A stretch of DNA of 59,236 nucleotides, counting the filler, from Sphacelaria rigidula (Eukaryota): NCBI GenBank assembly GCA_964200075.2. It is 8 parts of 8 records of this genome, joined end to end, with 100 filler letters (N's around TTAATTAATTAA, not from the genome) between each part and the next. Parts side by side here need not be neighbours in the genome. Positions count along the whole stretch, not along the records: positions 22,254 to 29,570 come from CAXNAA020015474.1; positions 29,671 to 36,987 come from CAXNAA020015475.1; positions 37,088 to 44,404 come from CAXNAA020015476.1; 5 more parts are not named here. One strand, written 5' to 3'. The translations under genes were made by a program, and so were the position numbers. Each line of letters begins with the position of its first letter. Positions within the stretch are counted from its first letter, which is position 1. Below, one piece after another: positions 24,560-37,214 of the stretch. The notes under the pieces were generated by a model. That model was not told the origin of the DNA, did no database searches, and saw only the letters and a program-made list of their open reading frames with translations.

Positions 24560-25262
24560 CGCTCCTGCGAGGGGATTCCATGCGGGAAAATATACAGCAG
24601 GATAATCCGCATTCAACAACGCTGTCGTGTATAGGTTTTCAGAACAACATTTCAAGACCGCCCTCTTCATCCCTCCACATGATAAAAATACGGGGGAAAG
24701 TAGCGCTCAGACGCAAAGTAGACGAGGGAGAACACCTGAAGATACACGGGGGGTTGAGAGAGGGGATAGGGATAAAAACATATTTGCATGGCCCAATGGA
24801 CGCTGCGAAAAATTCAAAACTGCGATTTCGGGTGGGGGACCTGGACCTGCCAGAAATAAGAAAGATATCCACCAGTCGTCGAGAGGAGGAGGAAGTGGAC
24901 GCACACGATTGCTCCCGTGGCAAAGCATTAGAGAGCAGAAGTCATATAGTGGCAGAATGTGAGCTATACAAGGAGGAACGGGAGGTGCAAGAGGGGGAAA
25001 TGCGGGACGTGAACAAATGTGGCTCGTTCGATGCATTAGACAGGAGGGGGAAAACGATGGCTATACCAAGATATAAATGGTGGCCGCAGACGGGGAAACA
25101 GGACGAGGATAAGATATGTAAAAGGGTTTGTCTAAATCTGTGAAGAAACGTAATGAGCACCGAAATGTTGGAGGTGCCTCTGTTAGGAGTGGGAACGGTG
25201 CTCCGTCTCGAAAGGGATGCCCGGTCAATGGTCAAACGACTAAGGCAAGCAACAAATGACTA
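24560..25262 (+). mobile_element. 5'-truncated non-LTR retrotransposon: ORF2 C-terminus with degenerate CCHC finger
   Basis: KTYLHGPMDAAK..KLRFRVGDLDLPE..DAHDCSRGKALESRSHIVAECELYKEER (C-X-[C>R]..E..H....C), followed by a short 3' UTR. Confidence 0.75.
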
Positions 25263-26003
25263 CCCCCCCCCCCCCCCTCTATTCCTGAACTTGGAGGTAC
25301 CTCAAAACAAACAGGTATTCACTGAAAGTGTCACAAGTTTAGGCGAGTCGCAAAAACTCGTGATATATTCAGCACCACCTCAGCTGAGCGCATACAGTCC
25401 GTACGGTGGTGTAGTACGTACACCGTGTGCTGTAACGTGCAGGCGTGACCCAGGTACAGCATGCCACTCGCGTGGCACCACAGAAAGTGACTGCGATGGA
25501 AGTCAAGGTCTTCGTTATCATTCCATCCATCTGTAGGGTGTGATCATCTGGTGGGCTAGCTAGTACAGCCTAGACACTACGCATAGGAACGACATCTCCA
25601 CGCTCAATGTCGATCGAACGATGGTCTCCAATTTCCGATCTCCCGCTTCAAGTTTTCCCCTGCACTGCCACTTGCCCTGGGGTACCGCGCAATCGCGGCG
25701 TTCGCTACTGTTAGGATCCTTTCCGCACATCTGCCCAATTTACGAACCCGACTGCGACGCCTGCGGCTTTACAGTGTTCGGGAGATTGCTCAAGGGAGAA
25801 TGATTTCGGGCCAGACGATTCAACCCTTTCGCCACAATGAATTCGGCCTCTTTACTGCAAACGTCGTGGTATAACAAGAATGATATACATATATATTACA
25901 CGGTCACGAATACATCTACGCCGACTCAAATGAACCGTATCGCGGATCAAGGGGTTGATTCACCGATGACAACTGTGCTATCCTCCTCGACAAAGCGGGA
26001 TAG

Positions 26004-26024
26004 TCACGACAGTGATGCCTGCTC
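26004..26024 (-). CDS. ABCB transporter, putative terminal coding exon (EQASLS*)
   Basis: Long polypyrimidine tract, then ttacaag|GAG CAG GCA TCA CTG TCG TGA. Phase 0 matches the previous exon. Confidence 0.55.
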   Translation of the reverse strand, partial: EQASLS

Positions 26025-27134
26025 CTTGTAATTCGTAAAAAGAAGGAAAAAAAGAAATGATAAAAAAAAACATGAAAAAAAAAAACACCGTCCCTCAAAG
26101 TACAAAAGTGACTGCGTTTGGGGCCTTCCACATCGTTTCTCACCACCGAGAAGAGGACAAAATATGCCGGATTGTGACACCTGGAAATGGCATGTTAAAC
26201 TCTTTGGATGGGATTCCGGAACGCTCTTCCCGATCCCTGATGGCCACAGCTGAATTCTCGATGGATATTCGGCCAGAACTCGCACCTTCTTGGACGAACC
26301 GTCCAAGTTCAGCAAGAGCAGAAAATCCGTTTTTTATATTTCCTTCTCATTCATAGAGAACCTTGGCGAATCCCGGTCGCCATTGTTCTATTTTCGGCCC
26401 AAACGTCAATTCCCTTCGGACAAACGGGATAGAGTTCAAGAAAGAATTCATTTTTTCTCTCGTATATTTTTTTCCGTGCATGATCAGGGGATTTGTTGGG
26501 AGGTCATCACCATGGGAGATCCGTCCCAATCCACCCAACTATCAAACTGCATGTACCGGGAAAATGCAAAAGTGTGCCGAAATAATCCCAAGCGGTGCAG
26601 CAAGTCATCATTCCGAGGTGGCACAATCCGCCGAGTTCTCTCCGCGGCCGAACACACGTCGCTCAAGGGAGAAAAAATGGACTTCTTCTGCGTTTCACTT
26701 TTATTTCTTCGGATATTAAAATAACAGGCGGAATGAAGGATAGTAATTTGTCACGCAGTACTACATTTATTTTCTCGTCTCGAGGGGAGGGAGAGGATCA
26801 CAGGACAAAGGTAAATTGACGTGAAGGTGCATCATACCATACTCGCCGCGGAAGCAGAAAAAAAAAATAAAGGTTATATCACGCTCAAACATATCTTGTT
26901 CCAGGCATCGAACTTAATATACACCGTGAATCTGGCCTTTTGGATTGGCGCAACACCGGGTATTATATTTTCAACGGTGATTACTTCACGGGGGGTTTTC
27001 TCGGTTTTCCTGGGGAGAAAGCACGTTACTAAGCAGCAGCTCTGTGGAAATGCTTTTCCTGGCTGCCGATCTTCAATCGACTATAGCTCGAATTCTTATG
27101 GGCTGCACGTACAACGATGAGACCAAAAACTAAC

Positions 27135-27242
27135 CTTTTCCATGGAGAGCAGCCGTTCCCTCTCCTGAACCTGGATGTTCCACATCTGGGCGTACTCGCC
27201 GTCGAGATTCATCAACGCATCGTGGTTTCCACGTTCCACCAC
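27135..27242 (-). CDS. ABCB half-transporter (ATM1/HMT1-like), exon
   Basis: cacag|VVERGNHDALMNLDGEYAQMWNIQVQERERLLSMEK|gttag is the canonical post-H-loop segment. Confidence 0.9.
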
Positions 27243-27619
27243 CTGTGACATTGATCAGTTTCCATTTCCGACGAAAGCGAACAGAAACAGAGAGAACACG
27301 TCGGTCAATAAGAGCCTAGAGGTAATACACCGCCCCTTGCCTGCGGTGATACTAATGGTGATTTCCTGCTTCATCAAGGACGCTTGAAAAACAGACAACA
27401 AAAAAGATGAATTCCATGGGAAAACATACGGAATGCATTTCTCGCCAGCTCGCGGCCGCACTAGCCACTTCTCCATCCCGAGATAGGATATCAACTCCTC
27501 CAAAAACAAAAGGCACAACCCCTACCCATCGACAATATCGCGTGAGCCGCCGCGCCCCGCTGGTGTACCCAGTAAGGGTGAAGCCCGCTTCTTCACCTTC
27601 GCCAAGTCGTTGACCTTTG

Positions 27620-27950
27620 GTTTACATATCATCCATCTATGTTTACATCTACATCTACATCTACATGTATATCCATATCTGTATCAATATCCACATCCAT
27701 CTATATATATATATATACATATCTACATCCATGTATAAACATCAGTATATATTCCTATACCTCCATCTCTATCTACATTTATATATACATTCATATCTAT
27801 ACATCAACATAACTATAATGTATTTCCATCTGTATCTTCAGTAAAAATCTATATCTTCACGTCTGTCTGTGTTACTACATGTGCATCTAATCTATTTTTA
27901 TATCAATTTCTGTATCCAAACCTGTACCTACAGATGTATATTGCAATACG
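27620..27950. repeat. Degenerate (ACATCT)n/(AT)n low-complexity tract in an intron
   Basis: acatctacatctacatct...atatatat periodicity. Confidence 0.85.
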
Positions 27951-28427
27951 ACAAAATTCGAAAGCAAATCTGCAACTACGTGACACATCGCTAGTCGATA
28001 TATGGTGCTCTCCGTGAAAAAAATACAGCCAACCGGGAAAGCAAGGAACGAGTGTTCAACAAGCAACCAAGCAAGCGGCCAACCAACTCTCAAAGACAGC
28101 GAGCGATCTTCAATTCCAATCGACAGTCAGGGTGAAAAATATGACGGTGGACGAGGGCAGAAGATATGGAAATGAAGTGAAAGATAAAAGATGGAAGTAA
28201 ATGAAATAAAATGATGAATTCAAAAGAAAATGAAAAGATTCATGAAATAATAAAAAAGGTACGCAATATGACTTTCGAAGAAGAAAAGAGTCATCCCTCT
28301 CGTCATCATAGATGCATATATATGTATCATTATAGATATATATGATATATATATATATGATTCAAATCCACGTATGTGTTTCCTTTTCCCCATCTTCTCC
28401 CCCTCTATACATGTATCGGTTCTTCAC

Positions 28428-28554
28428 CTGGCCTTCCGATAGCACCAAGATCTGGTCAGCGTTACGAATGGTTGAAAGTCGGTGGGCAATGACCACGGTC
28501 GTGCGATTCGTCTTAAGTCCATTCAGCGCCTCCTGCACGCCCTGCTCGGTGCGC
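28428..28554 (-). CDS. ABCB half-transporter (ATM1/HMT1-like), H-loop exon
   Basis: ttcag|[43 protein letters not shown]|gtgaag. Confidence 0.93.
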
Positions 28555-28974
28555 CTGAAGAGCCAGCACAGTGCAACACACGACCAAGGGTGCTTCTTCG
28601 AGAAAGGTGGTGCAGGATAGGACCGCATTGACCTCGGGCAGTCCACATAGAGTGGATATCATGTATTGTTTTCAGCCGGTGACCGACCCTACGTGCTCCG
28701 GAATACCCCACATTGTCGGTAACTTGATAACTTGCCCGACCCTTACGATTGTCTCAAATCTCACGATAAGGGATAAACCGAGTCAACAACAACAACAACA
28801 CACAACAACAACACAAGGAGCGGGTGCTCGTAGGAACCAAACCAGAACCAAACCAAAAAAATCATACCACAAAAAAAAAATGAAATAACATAAAAATGAA
28901 ACAAAAAACACAGACCCACAACAAATACAACGGGAATCTTCAGGGAGAATATCATACAGCGAGAGGAAACACGG

Positions 28975-29080
28975 CGACGGAGGTATACTTTGGATTTTGC
29001 ATGCCGTAGCCATAAGGCTATTGACCTCGCTTTCCCCACAGAGCCAGGACGGAGCACGCCGGGTTTCGCCAGACCAGGCT
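28975..29080 (+). repeat. Short high-copy dispersed repeat (also ~21098-21150, 24178-24235, 29505-29570, 51643-51750)
   Basis: Shared core ggggtgtactcatg..catgc.gtagtca..agacc.ttgacctcgc...acaaagcc..gacgg.gcacgccggg. Confidence 0.75.
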
Positions 29081-31142
29081 TGCAATCAATCACCAAGCGT
29101 GGCACAGTGATGTGTTCGGCGAGTCGCATGAAGGGTGACCTGCATCCTGCTAAGATTGTTCGGCCCGAAGTGTACTGATTGTCTTGCATATTGGTGACAG
29201 TCTCGAGTGAGTTGCTCCACTTCCTAGTATCGCCACTTCCACAGAAAGCCACGGGTTCCACACTGCCTCGCGGGTGTCTCAAACAATATACACTCTACGT
29301 GGTACGATCACCCCCTTTGCCGGATTCAAGGTTGTTCGACCCCGCACAAAATGATTTTTCCTCGACCACCGTCATGGCAACCGCAATAAAAATGCAAGCA
29401 AGAAAAAACACGGCAACCTGATTGCCCAGCTTCCGCAATAATTGTCGTTTTACAGCGTCGTTGCCAACCGACGTTAACTCTTGAAAGGGAGAACGCGGCG
29501 GCGACGAGGGGTGTACTCATGATCATGCTTGCCATACTCATCAGACCGTTGACCTCGCATCCCTACAAAGNNNNNNNNNNNNNNNNNNNNNNNNNNNNNN
29601 NNNNNNNNNNNNNNTTAATTAATTAANNNNNNNNNNNNNNNNNNNNNNNNNNNNNNNNNNNNNNNNNNNNATCGAAGCCCCGTTCTCTCCACCCTAATGG
29701 CGACAGTCGGACCATTACACCACCGGGGCGCGGCGGCAATCTATACAGAAAACAGCTCCGGATAATCCCTGACAGGTTTTGACCGTGCTGTCAATAGCAT
29801 ACAGAGTCAGTGTGTATGAGGTATGTCTCAGCTGGATGCAACGGCAACAAACAGTCGGCGTGCCCTCGCTCTCCACTGAACACAATTACGGCATGCTGCT
29901 GATGCCTCTGCTTAGTGTTTCACAACAACACGACATATAGTGTGAAGCCATACTGGCAACACATGAGGCGTCAGACACGCGGCACAGACCTCGAGCAGAG
30001 TACAAAACACGTTATATGTGCCCATGTAATCTAATGGGTGAATTGCCATAACCAAAAAGAGAGATGCTGATAGACAGCGAAGTAGTCCACATGTAGGGGA
30101 ACTGCGTGCTCATTTTGACGGCCGTGATTGGTGAGAACGGTCATTCCGCGCCTCTCGGGCCTCGTTCCTGATTTAGAATCTTCCACGGGAAACTTCCAAA
30201 CACACATGGTCGACTCGGTGAGGTTTTCGACTGCTCAGTGGACAGAACCCCCCTCCTGCCCCTATCAATTCCCCCCCCCCGGCCACTGAAAACCCCCGGA
30301 TGTCTCCGGACTATCAGCCTGTGAAACTGTTCCGAGGTGACGCGCGCTATCTAAGGGCCTGGTTTGCACAGGATTCATTCGTCAATCGGCATCACTTTCA
30401 GTCGTTTTCAATTGAAAATGATGCCGATTTATAATTGATCCCCACCCCCGGTTAGTCTACTCCGGTCCCCAAAAGGCAAAAATGTTGATGCAGGAACATC
30501 GGTACACATGAAAATCAAGCCATAAAAGAGCACAGTACGGTAGTTTGCCGTTTACATGAACACACAATAGGGACCTTTATAAAGTAAAAACACACATGGG
30601 CACATTCATATGTCGCAGAGTTGTGATCTTCAGCCTGTGCTTCCTGCTGTATGTCGATCAGAGTTGGCCGTGTCGGGTACAGTAGCCTGGGAGTAAATAA
30701 TATACCGGTATAGAGTAATATGGACGTGGGAGTTGGGTTCCACGCGGTGGTTGATTAGCGGCGCATTCAACCAGACCCATGCTGTTTACTTTCGCTCTCA
30801 GCACCTTGTTGCAGCCCAGCGCCATTTTTTGGGAGCAATTCGAGCGGACAACAAGCAACTCAACAGTGGGAAGTTATTTGTTCGTTGCCCTGCTTGCGAA
30901 CGTGCAGCCTTCGACTGCAGCATCCTAATTTCTCCTTACAACACTCACTTCCCACGTATTCATTAGCGCATACCCCCCTCGCCTATAGACAATGCAATGA
31001 TCCGTGAAACTTGCTCAAATTGCGTATGTGTGGCCTACGTGTCTCGGGACTCATGCCGTTACATCCCCCCTCCCCCCCCCTCCCACCAGCCCCGAACGCC
31101 TCCCCGTCACAACCCCCAACTTAGACCTTCCCGCGTGCGCAC

Positions 31143-31919
31143 CTGCTCCGGTCTCTCACGCCCCGGTACGTGCAGCATCACGAAAGCCCTAGCCGCATTC
31201 GCACCGCCGCCGGCCGCCATTCCACCACTTCCGCCATCATCAACCGTCAGTAACGTTATGCAGTTATCACTAGCGGGGTGCCATGAGGCCTTGACTACCC
31301 GCTGCCGCAGAATATCCACAGCATATCCCGACATGTCTACCAAAGTCCATCTCCATCTACCGCTCGCGCCGCCGGCCCCACTCCCACCACCGCCGCCGCG
31401 CGGCGCGCGGGCTACAGCCACATACTTTTCTCCCCACACCAGCAGGCTTGATCCTGAGGGAGAGAACTCCAGGCCTTGCATGACCAGATTTGGGGGGATA
31501 CTGTCGCTGGGCACTAGCTCATCGCCCGGCCTGGGAGCGCCGCCATCCGTAGCGAAGGTTATCCTGCACAATCCATTGTTACGACCGGCGCAAGCGCCGT
31601 CGGGTGTGCTGAGCACCATCCTAGTGCTACTCCGATGATGATGACTATCCGTACTATCCGGTTCCACGAGATTGGTCGCAAGTATGGTATTGCCATCGCA
31701 CAGTATCGCGAGGTCCAGGGTCTGGTCGTTCACCGAGATGAGCTGCGGCGTCACGCTGTGGGTTAAGTCTCCAACACTACCACTGCCGCCGCCGCCGCCG
31801 CCGCCGGTTCCTGCTCCCCAGATGGCCGGCGGAGGGTGTTGGGAGGCGCTGTCGAGGATGATTTGCATTGGTCCCATCGTTGCTGCGCGGCGACGAGCTA
31901 CCGGGGTGGGCGTTTGCAT
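31143..31919 (-). CDS. NUP88: Nucleoporin Nup88/Nup82-like, N-terminal beta-propeller exon
   Basis: LEFSPSGSSLLVWG..VAVARAP...VVKASWHPASDNCITLLTVD...RPEQ|gtgcgc matches the Nup88/Nup82 pattern (sp.G..l.l.G; WHP.sd..l..LtsD; peq). The start codon is uncertain. Confidence 0.7.
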
Positions 31920-33020
31920 GATAGATTTCAGCTGGGATACTTGCCGTGCGTTATCGTGTTCGTTGTCGTGTTCGTTGTTGTTGTTATTGCTGCTGATCGT
32001 GGTGGTGGTGGTGGTGGTGTTGTGCCTTCTCCGCACAGCGTACAGTGTTGGAATATACAGACAACACAGTGTCGCCGTGCTTGACTTGAATTTCCAAAGG
32101 GGCACCTGGTAAAAATGCGAACATCCAACGAGGCAATACAGTCAGAATCACGGAGAATCACACCTGCCACCCGATTGGCCCACTCAGCTGCCCGTCTCAC
32201 GAGGAACAGCGCAATGTTGGACAAAACACCAGCAGTGTCTGCCTCGACCGCCCTCATGTTCCGCTGGGTTTGACATTTGCATAGCGTCTCAGACCCGTAA
32301 TGGAAATAAATAATTTCTCATCGTAATGGAATCGGTAATCGTTGTGTATTATCTTCTTGCTCTTGAAAATTCAAAGAAATTGTCAACATTAGCATGAATC
32401 CCAAGATAATCATTACATCAGATGAACTGCGGACAACAAGAAGAAAATGAGCAGGAAACATGGGGGATCAGTGAAAGTGCGACAATCAATCACATCAACC
32501 TTGCATCTTGATTGCATCAATCAATATGACAGGGATCGATGGAAGAGGACTCCAATAGATAAGAAATGGAAAATGACTCAAAGATCAAGTCAAAGCCCTT
32601 CACACTGCTTCACCTGGCTTCGCTTCCAGCGGCTCTCACCGGACACCGCCGGGGCGCGCTAGAGGCTGCAGGCCGTGGTAGCGGGTGAAGAAACGAACCC
32701 GAGTCGATTCGTATCCTGTTTCTACCTTTACAAGATTTAAAAATATAATAAGCCAGTCAGGGTCGACGGAATCCACAGAACGCACCACTTGGCTCAGCTT
32801 GTAGCGGTCCGCAAGCGGCTTCCCAGACCAACACACGGCGCTACCGGCCGGCGCAAAGCACAGTACCATCCTACATTCAAGCATTCATTGATCTTCTCTA
32901 GCTGCATCCATAAGAGAAGCGGTGGCTTCGTCATCGGAGCCAAGCTCAACCATCTACAGCACAACAGTACCTTGACGGCACAGCAGTATCGCACAGAGTG
33001 AACTAGGAACCCATCCGATC

Positions 33021-34412
33021 ATGTCGAGGCACCGAGGTGTGCGGAATCGTCAATTCAGCTACGACGAGGGCGAGGACGACTATTACGACGAGGATGAAGA
33101 GGCGGATGCAGCTTGTGAGGAGTACCGACAGAGTGTCTTGCAGGCTAGGGGTGACGGCAGCGGTAGCGGTAGCGGCGTGTCTCTCTCGTCTTACTTCGAC
33201 GTTGCTGACACCTCGTCGAAGCTAAACAAACACCAGCAGCAAAGAGTAGGAACAGGTGGTGGCGGCGGGGGCTACGGCGCTTCGTTATATGCAGGAGACA
33301 ACACAGATGGGGGTGCGGGTAGTGCGGGTGTGGACCCAGAAGACGCCGAGCTGGTGGAAGCCATTGCCGGGGAATTGGAGAAGCGGCTGGGAAAGGGCCG
33401 CTTCTCGCCGCGGCGGGTCCGACAGGCTGTCGTGGACGGCGAATACGACGTGGACACGGCCGAAGTTATCCTTTTGACCCTCGATCAAGCGCCGTCTGCC
33501 AGCGGTGTGTCCGGCGCCGATGTTGCCAATCAAAACAATGGCGTTAGCAACAATGAGCCTGCGCTACCACCGGGGCTAGGTTATGGTGGTGCTGATGTTA
33601 CCGTGGGCGGAACCTCTTCGCCGTCGTCGCTGGCCTTTGGACTCAAAGTTGATGGCCGAGGCGATTGGAAGCGCGTCGGATGTGGTGACGACAGAGGTAC
33701 ATGTAGCGGCGGCGACGGCGGCGGCGCAGGAAATGGTAGCACTGCTACCGATGGTCAGACAGCAACAGTGCCAGCTCTACCACCAGGATTCGGCGGCGCT
33801 ACAGTACCGGCTGCAACAGACGGTGGCGACGGCGGTTTGGCGCCTTTCGGGTTTGACACCCCGTCCCCGGATGACATAAATCTGTACAGGCAATCCAACG
33901 CCGGAAGGATGCCCACTTGGGGAATCGGGGGTGGAATAGCCACTCCAACTCAATTCAGCGGTGGCGTTGGGGGAGGGGAAAGGGGAACGGGGATCAAGGG
34001 AAATGGTGCAAAAAAAGCGACAGTCACAGCTATCTCAAGCCCCAATGCCAAAGTTGGGGCCAGTGGAAGCGGCCGAACAAAAGCGACCGTTACAGTTGTC
34101 TCGAGCCCTAAGGCCAAGGTCGTACATATTGGCACCGGTTCCACACCGACCACCGCCCCACGAAAATCCGTGTTGTCGCCTACCAGGGGAGGATCTACAC
34201 CCACGCCCACGCGCGGCAGCATCGTGAGCGCCCAAGAGCTATCGCCCACTAGGCCGAAGCTCAATGCGTCCACGACACCTCAGACTGCAGCGCACGCCGC
34301 CGCTGCAGAGGGTGCGGACGAGAGTGACGACGGGGAGCCAGTGGGCAAGGAGCGGCTGGCCATGGTAGTAATAGGGCACGTGGATGCTGGAAAGAGCACA
34401 TTAATGGGTCAG
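33021..34412 (+). CDS. HBS1: HBS1-like translational GTPase, exon 1
   Basis: Typical MSRHRxVR..YD acidic N-terminus, a helical N-domain and the G1 motif VVIGHVDAGKSTLMGQ|gtgtgt. Confidence 0.92.
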
Positions 34413-34659
34413 GTGTGTGTTTGTGTAGGAGGGGGGGCGCGCGGGGGTGTGACCACTGAGAGTACGCCGACGCTGGAGGCAGAAAATAACAGGCGCTCGC
34501 TTGTGTTCCGGGTGCGTCAAGAGAGACACAAAACACGTTCAGGCAACGTATAGACGATGCCATGGAAGAAGTGGCGAAATATATTAGATATAGGGAAAGC
34601 GTACTCTCGTGCCTCTTCTTCTCTGGTGACATGCTCGATGTTTTGTTTTGTATACCCAT

Positions 34660-35200
34660 CTTTCTGAGTGTGTTGGCCGCAAAATGTACAGTGGTTTCTG
34701 AACGGGAGTGAGATTCAAGTTTTCGTCTGGGCGCACACTTACACAGTTCTGAAGAGTAAAAATGTGGTCCGTCTCATACTCAACATTTGCACGAATCAAT
34801 CATACGATCCGTATACAAGCTGCGATTCATACTGGTTCTGCGCTCGTGATTTGTGCGACACTACTTGGAGTGTACACATTCCCAGTTTGTGACTCATGGG
34901 GTACACCGTCGAAGGTACATATTACCTCCCTTCCGTTCATACGCTATAAATCATTGACACATGTTTCCCACCTTTCGTAGCAGCAGCATGGATCATAGGT
35001 ACATGCTCTCCGCCTTCCATTCATACGAAGTGAATCGAGTGTACATGTTACCCAGTATCCACTCACTCAGCGTGACTCAAACGTACATGTTCCCCACCTG
35101 TGATTCATGCACGATGAGCCAAGTGTTCAGGTTTCCCGCCAGTGATTCGTGCAGGAACTGTGGTTCGTACATATTTTGCGCTCTCTATTCGTATGCCACT
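34660..35200 (+). repeat. Family A dispersed repeat with ~7 degenerate 42-bp units, in HBS1 intron 1
   Basis: gtacatg recurs every 42 bp from ~34915 to 35195. The leader is homologous to 7500-7710 and the end ttcgtatgcc is shared with ~9590. Confidence 0.75.
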
Positions 35201-35662
35201 GCTTGGAGTATGCTCATATGGGAAATGACGCTTGCGATCAGCGATCCACCCTAGCAGCGTACGACCTCACGAAGCCCCAGCATCACCAACCTCCCCTCTC
35301 GCGACTGACTGCCTTTGCCTGAGTCTGAGATGTATATCCTCTCGTGGGTGATGCATGGGTATAGCAGACAGTTGAATTGTATGCTGTATGTTGTTCTCTC
35401 GGCTCTGTTGGTGCCATGTGCTGCTACCGCTGTTCTTCTGCTAAAGCGGCGTGAAGTTCATCATCGTTGATGACATCATGGCGTGACAAGTACAGAAAGT
35501 CCAGTGTGCTGGATGGTAGTCAAGCGATAATACAGTCAGTGGTGTACAAGTGTATTCAGGCAATACATGCATGAGCAGCCGGGTTTTGTTCGGTTGCAAG
35601 GTGTCCAAAATAAGGACAACCAGAGGTAGGGGAGGGTGTGTCGGAATGGTCGATGGCCACAG

Positions 35663-35817
35663 TACATCACACACCTGGACAAAAGAATATACTGTCAAAA
35701 ATGTACTGCGTACAGTATCGAAATACATTGTCTAATGTAACAAACAATATATTTCATTCTGTACGTAGTATATTTTCTGACAATGTAATATATCGTCATT
35801 ATCCAGGGTGTGCAGTA
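35663..35817. mobile_element. Small MITE, possibly Tc1/mariner-type (TA flanks)
   Basis: Left ta-catcacacacctggacaa and right ttatccagggtgtgcag-ta are imperfect inverted repeats. The same terminus occurs at 37576-37592. Confidence 0.55.
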
Positions 35818-36302
35818 CACGTGTGTGGGAGTGCGCCGCTATTGTTCTGATCTCTGTATGGGTTGGTTGGTTGGGGCCATGCTTGTTGCTGCAACACTCG
35901 ATTATGTTTGGTGGCTTGCTGCTGTTTGGTCCATGTTGTACAGATGTTGATTTGATGTGCGCTGTGTTTCTGGACTCTTGGCACATATATAGAGATATAT
36001 GCATTTTCATGGAAAGTATTTTACTTGATGAATAGGAGTGGTTCGATTCAAATTGCATACAACCTTGAAGATCCATCAGACAAAATAACGTGTTCTGATT
36101 GGCGGCTTGTTCAGGAGTCGTATCACAGTAGCCATGCCAACAGTATTAACTGGAGAAAATAAAACAATGTTCGACCCCAACTAAAAATAACCCGCTGAAC
36201 GTGTGCTACCGTCGATTTCCCGGCGCTCATGCTTAATTTCCCCTGGGCCTCTGCTCTCGGCTGCTTGCGCTGTTTACTACTGGGTATGATATGGTGTTTC
36301 AG

Positions 36303-36398
36303 GTGTTGGTGCAACTGGGGCAAGTATCCCAGCGGATTTTACACAAGCAGGAGAAGGAGGCAAGGGAGGCGGGCAAGGCTAGCTTTTTCTTGGCATGG
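36303..36398 (+). CDS. HBS1: HBS1-like GTPase, exon 2
   Basis: tttcag|VLVQLGQVSQRILHKQEKEAREAGKASFFLAW|gtaag, in phase with exon 1. Confidence 0.92.
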
Positions 36399-37214
36399 GT
36401 AAGACGCGTTGAATACCTTGAATAACGTTGAATATCACCCTCACATGTCAATATCACCACCCTCCCCCCCTCCGGGCAATCAGTTCTCTGCTATTTTCGA
36501 CCCCATGTCATTATCCACAGTGCTATATCCGGGCAGGTTCTGTGCCACTCACCCCCTCTACAAGACCGTCGAGAGATGAACTTCTATACCCGAAAATGCA
36601 TCACCTTGGGGGTGATGTACTGCGTTATACGGAAAGGGAGTAAGTACGTTGTTGTGGGTCATGATCTAGAAAAGAGTATAATCCCGCGAGGCGCGATGAG
36701 AGAGGAAACAAGACGTCCTTTTTTTTCTCAAAAATTGCGAAGGGGCACGATAGCCACTCAAGAAGGTAACACCGTTGTAGTTTTCACTGCTGCTGTAAAG
36801 AGATTATATTTTCGAGATTTTTCTAGTGGAAAAACGGGTTATGCTTTGGCAGGTGCGAGTGGGGTGGGGCCTTGCCATCTTTACGGAAAATCGAGGCTGA
36901 GTTTCGGAACGCCCCTCTCCTTCACTCATCGCCCCCCCCCCCCCACCCCTCCCACTCCCCTCCCCCGCCTTCTCCCTCCCTCCCCCTNNNNNNNNNNNNN
37001 NNNNNNNNNNNNNNNNNNNNNNNNNNNNNNNTTAATTAATTAANNNNNNNNNNNNNNNNNNNNNNNNNNNNNNNNNNNNNNNNNNNNAGCCTGAACCCGA
37101 ACATGAGGCGCTGTATGGCCATTTTTTTCGCGACACTTTCAGCTGGTTTTTGTGGGGGGGCTATCGTAGAAGGTGTCGTATTGTGACCGTCGGTTCCCTC
37201 ATGTATAGTCTACC

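Noticed and set aside
30997-31638. 213-aa plus-strand ORF
   Set aside because: Antisense shadow of the NUP88-like exon.
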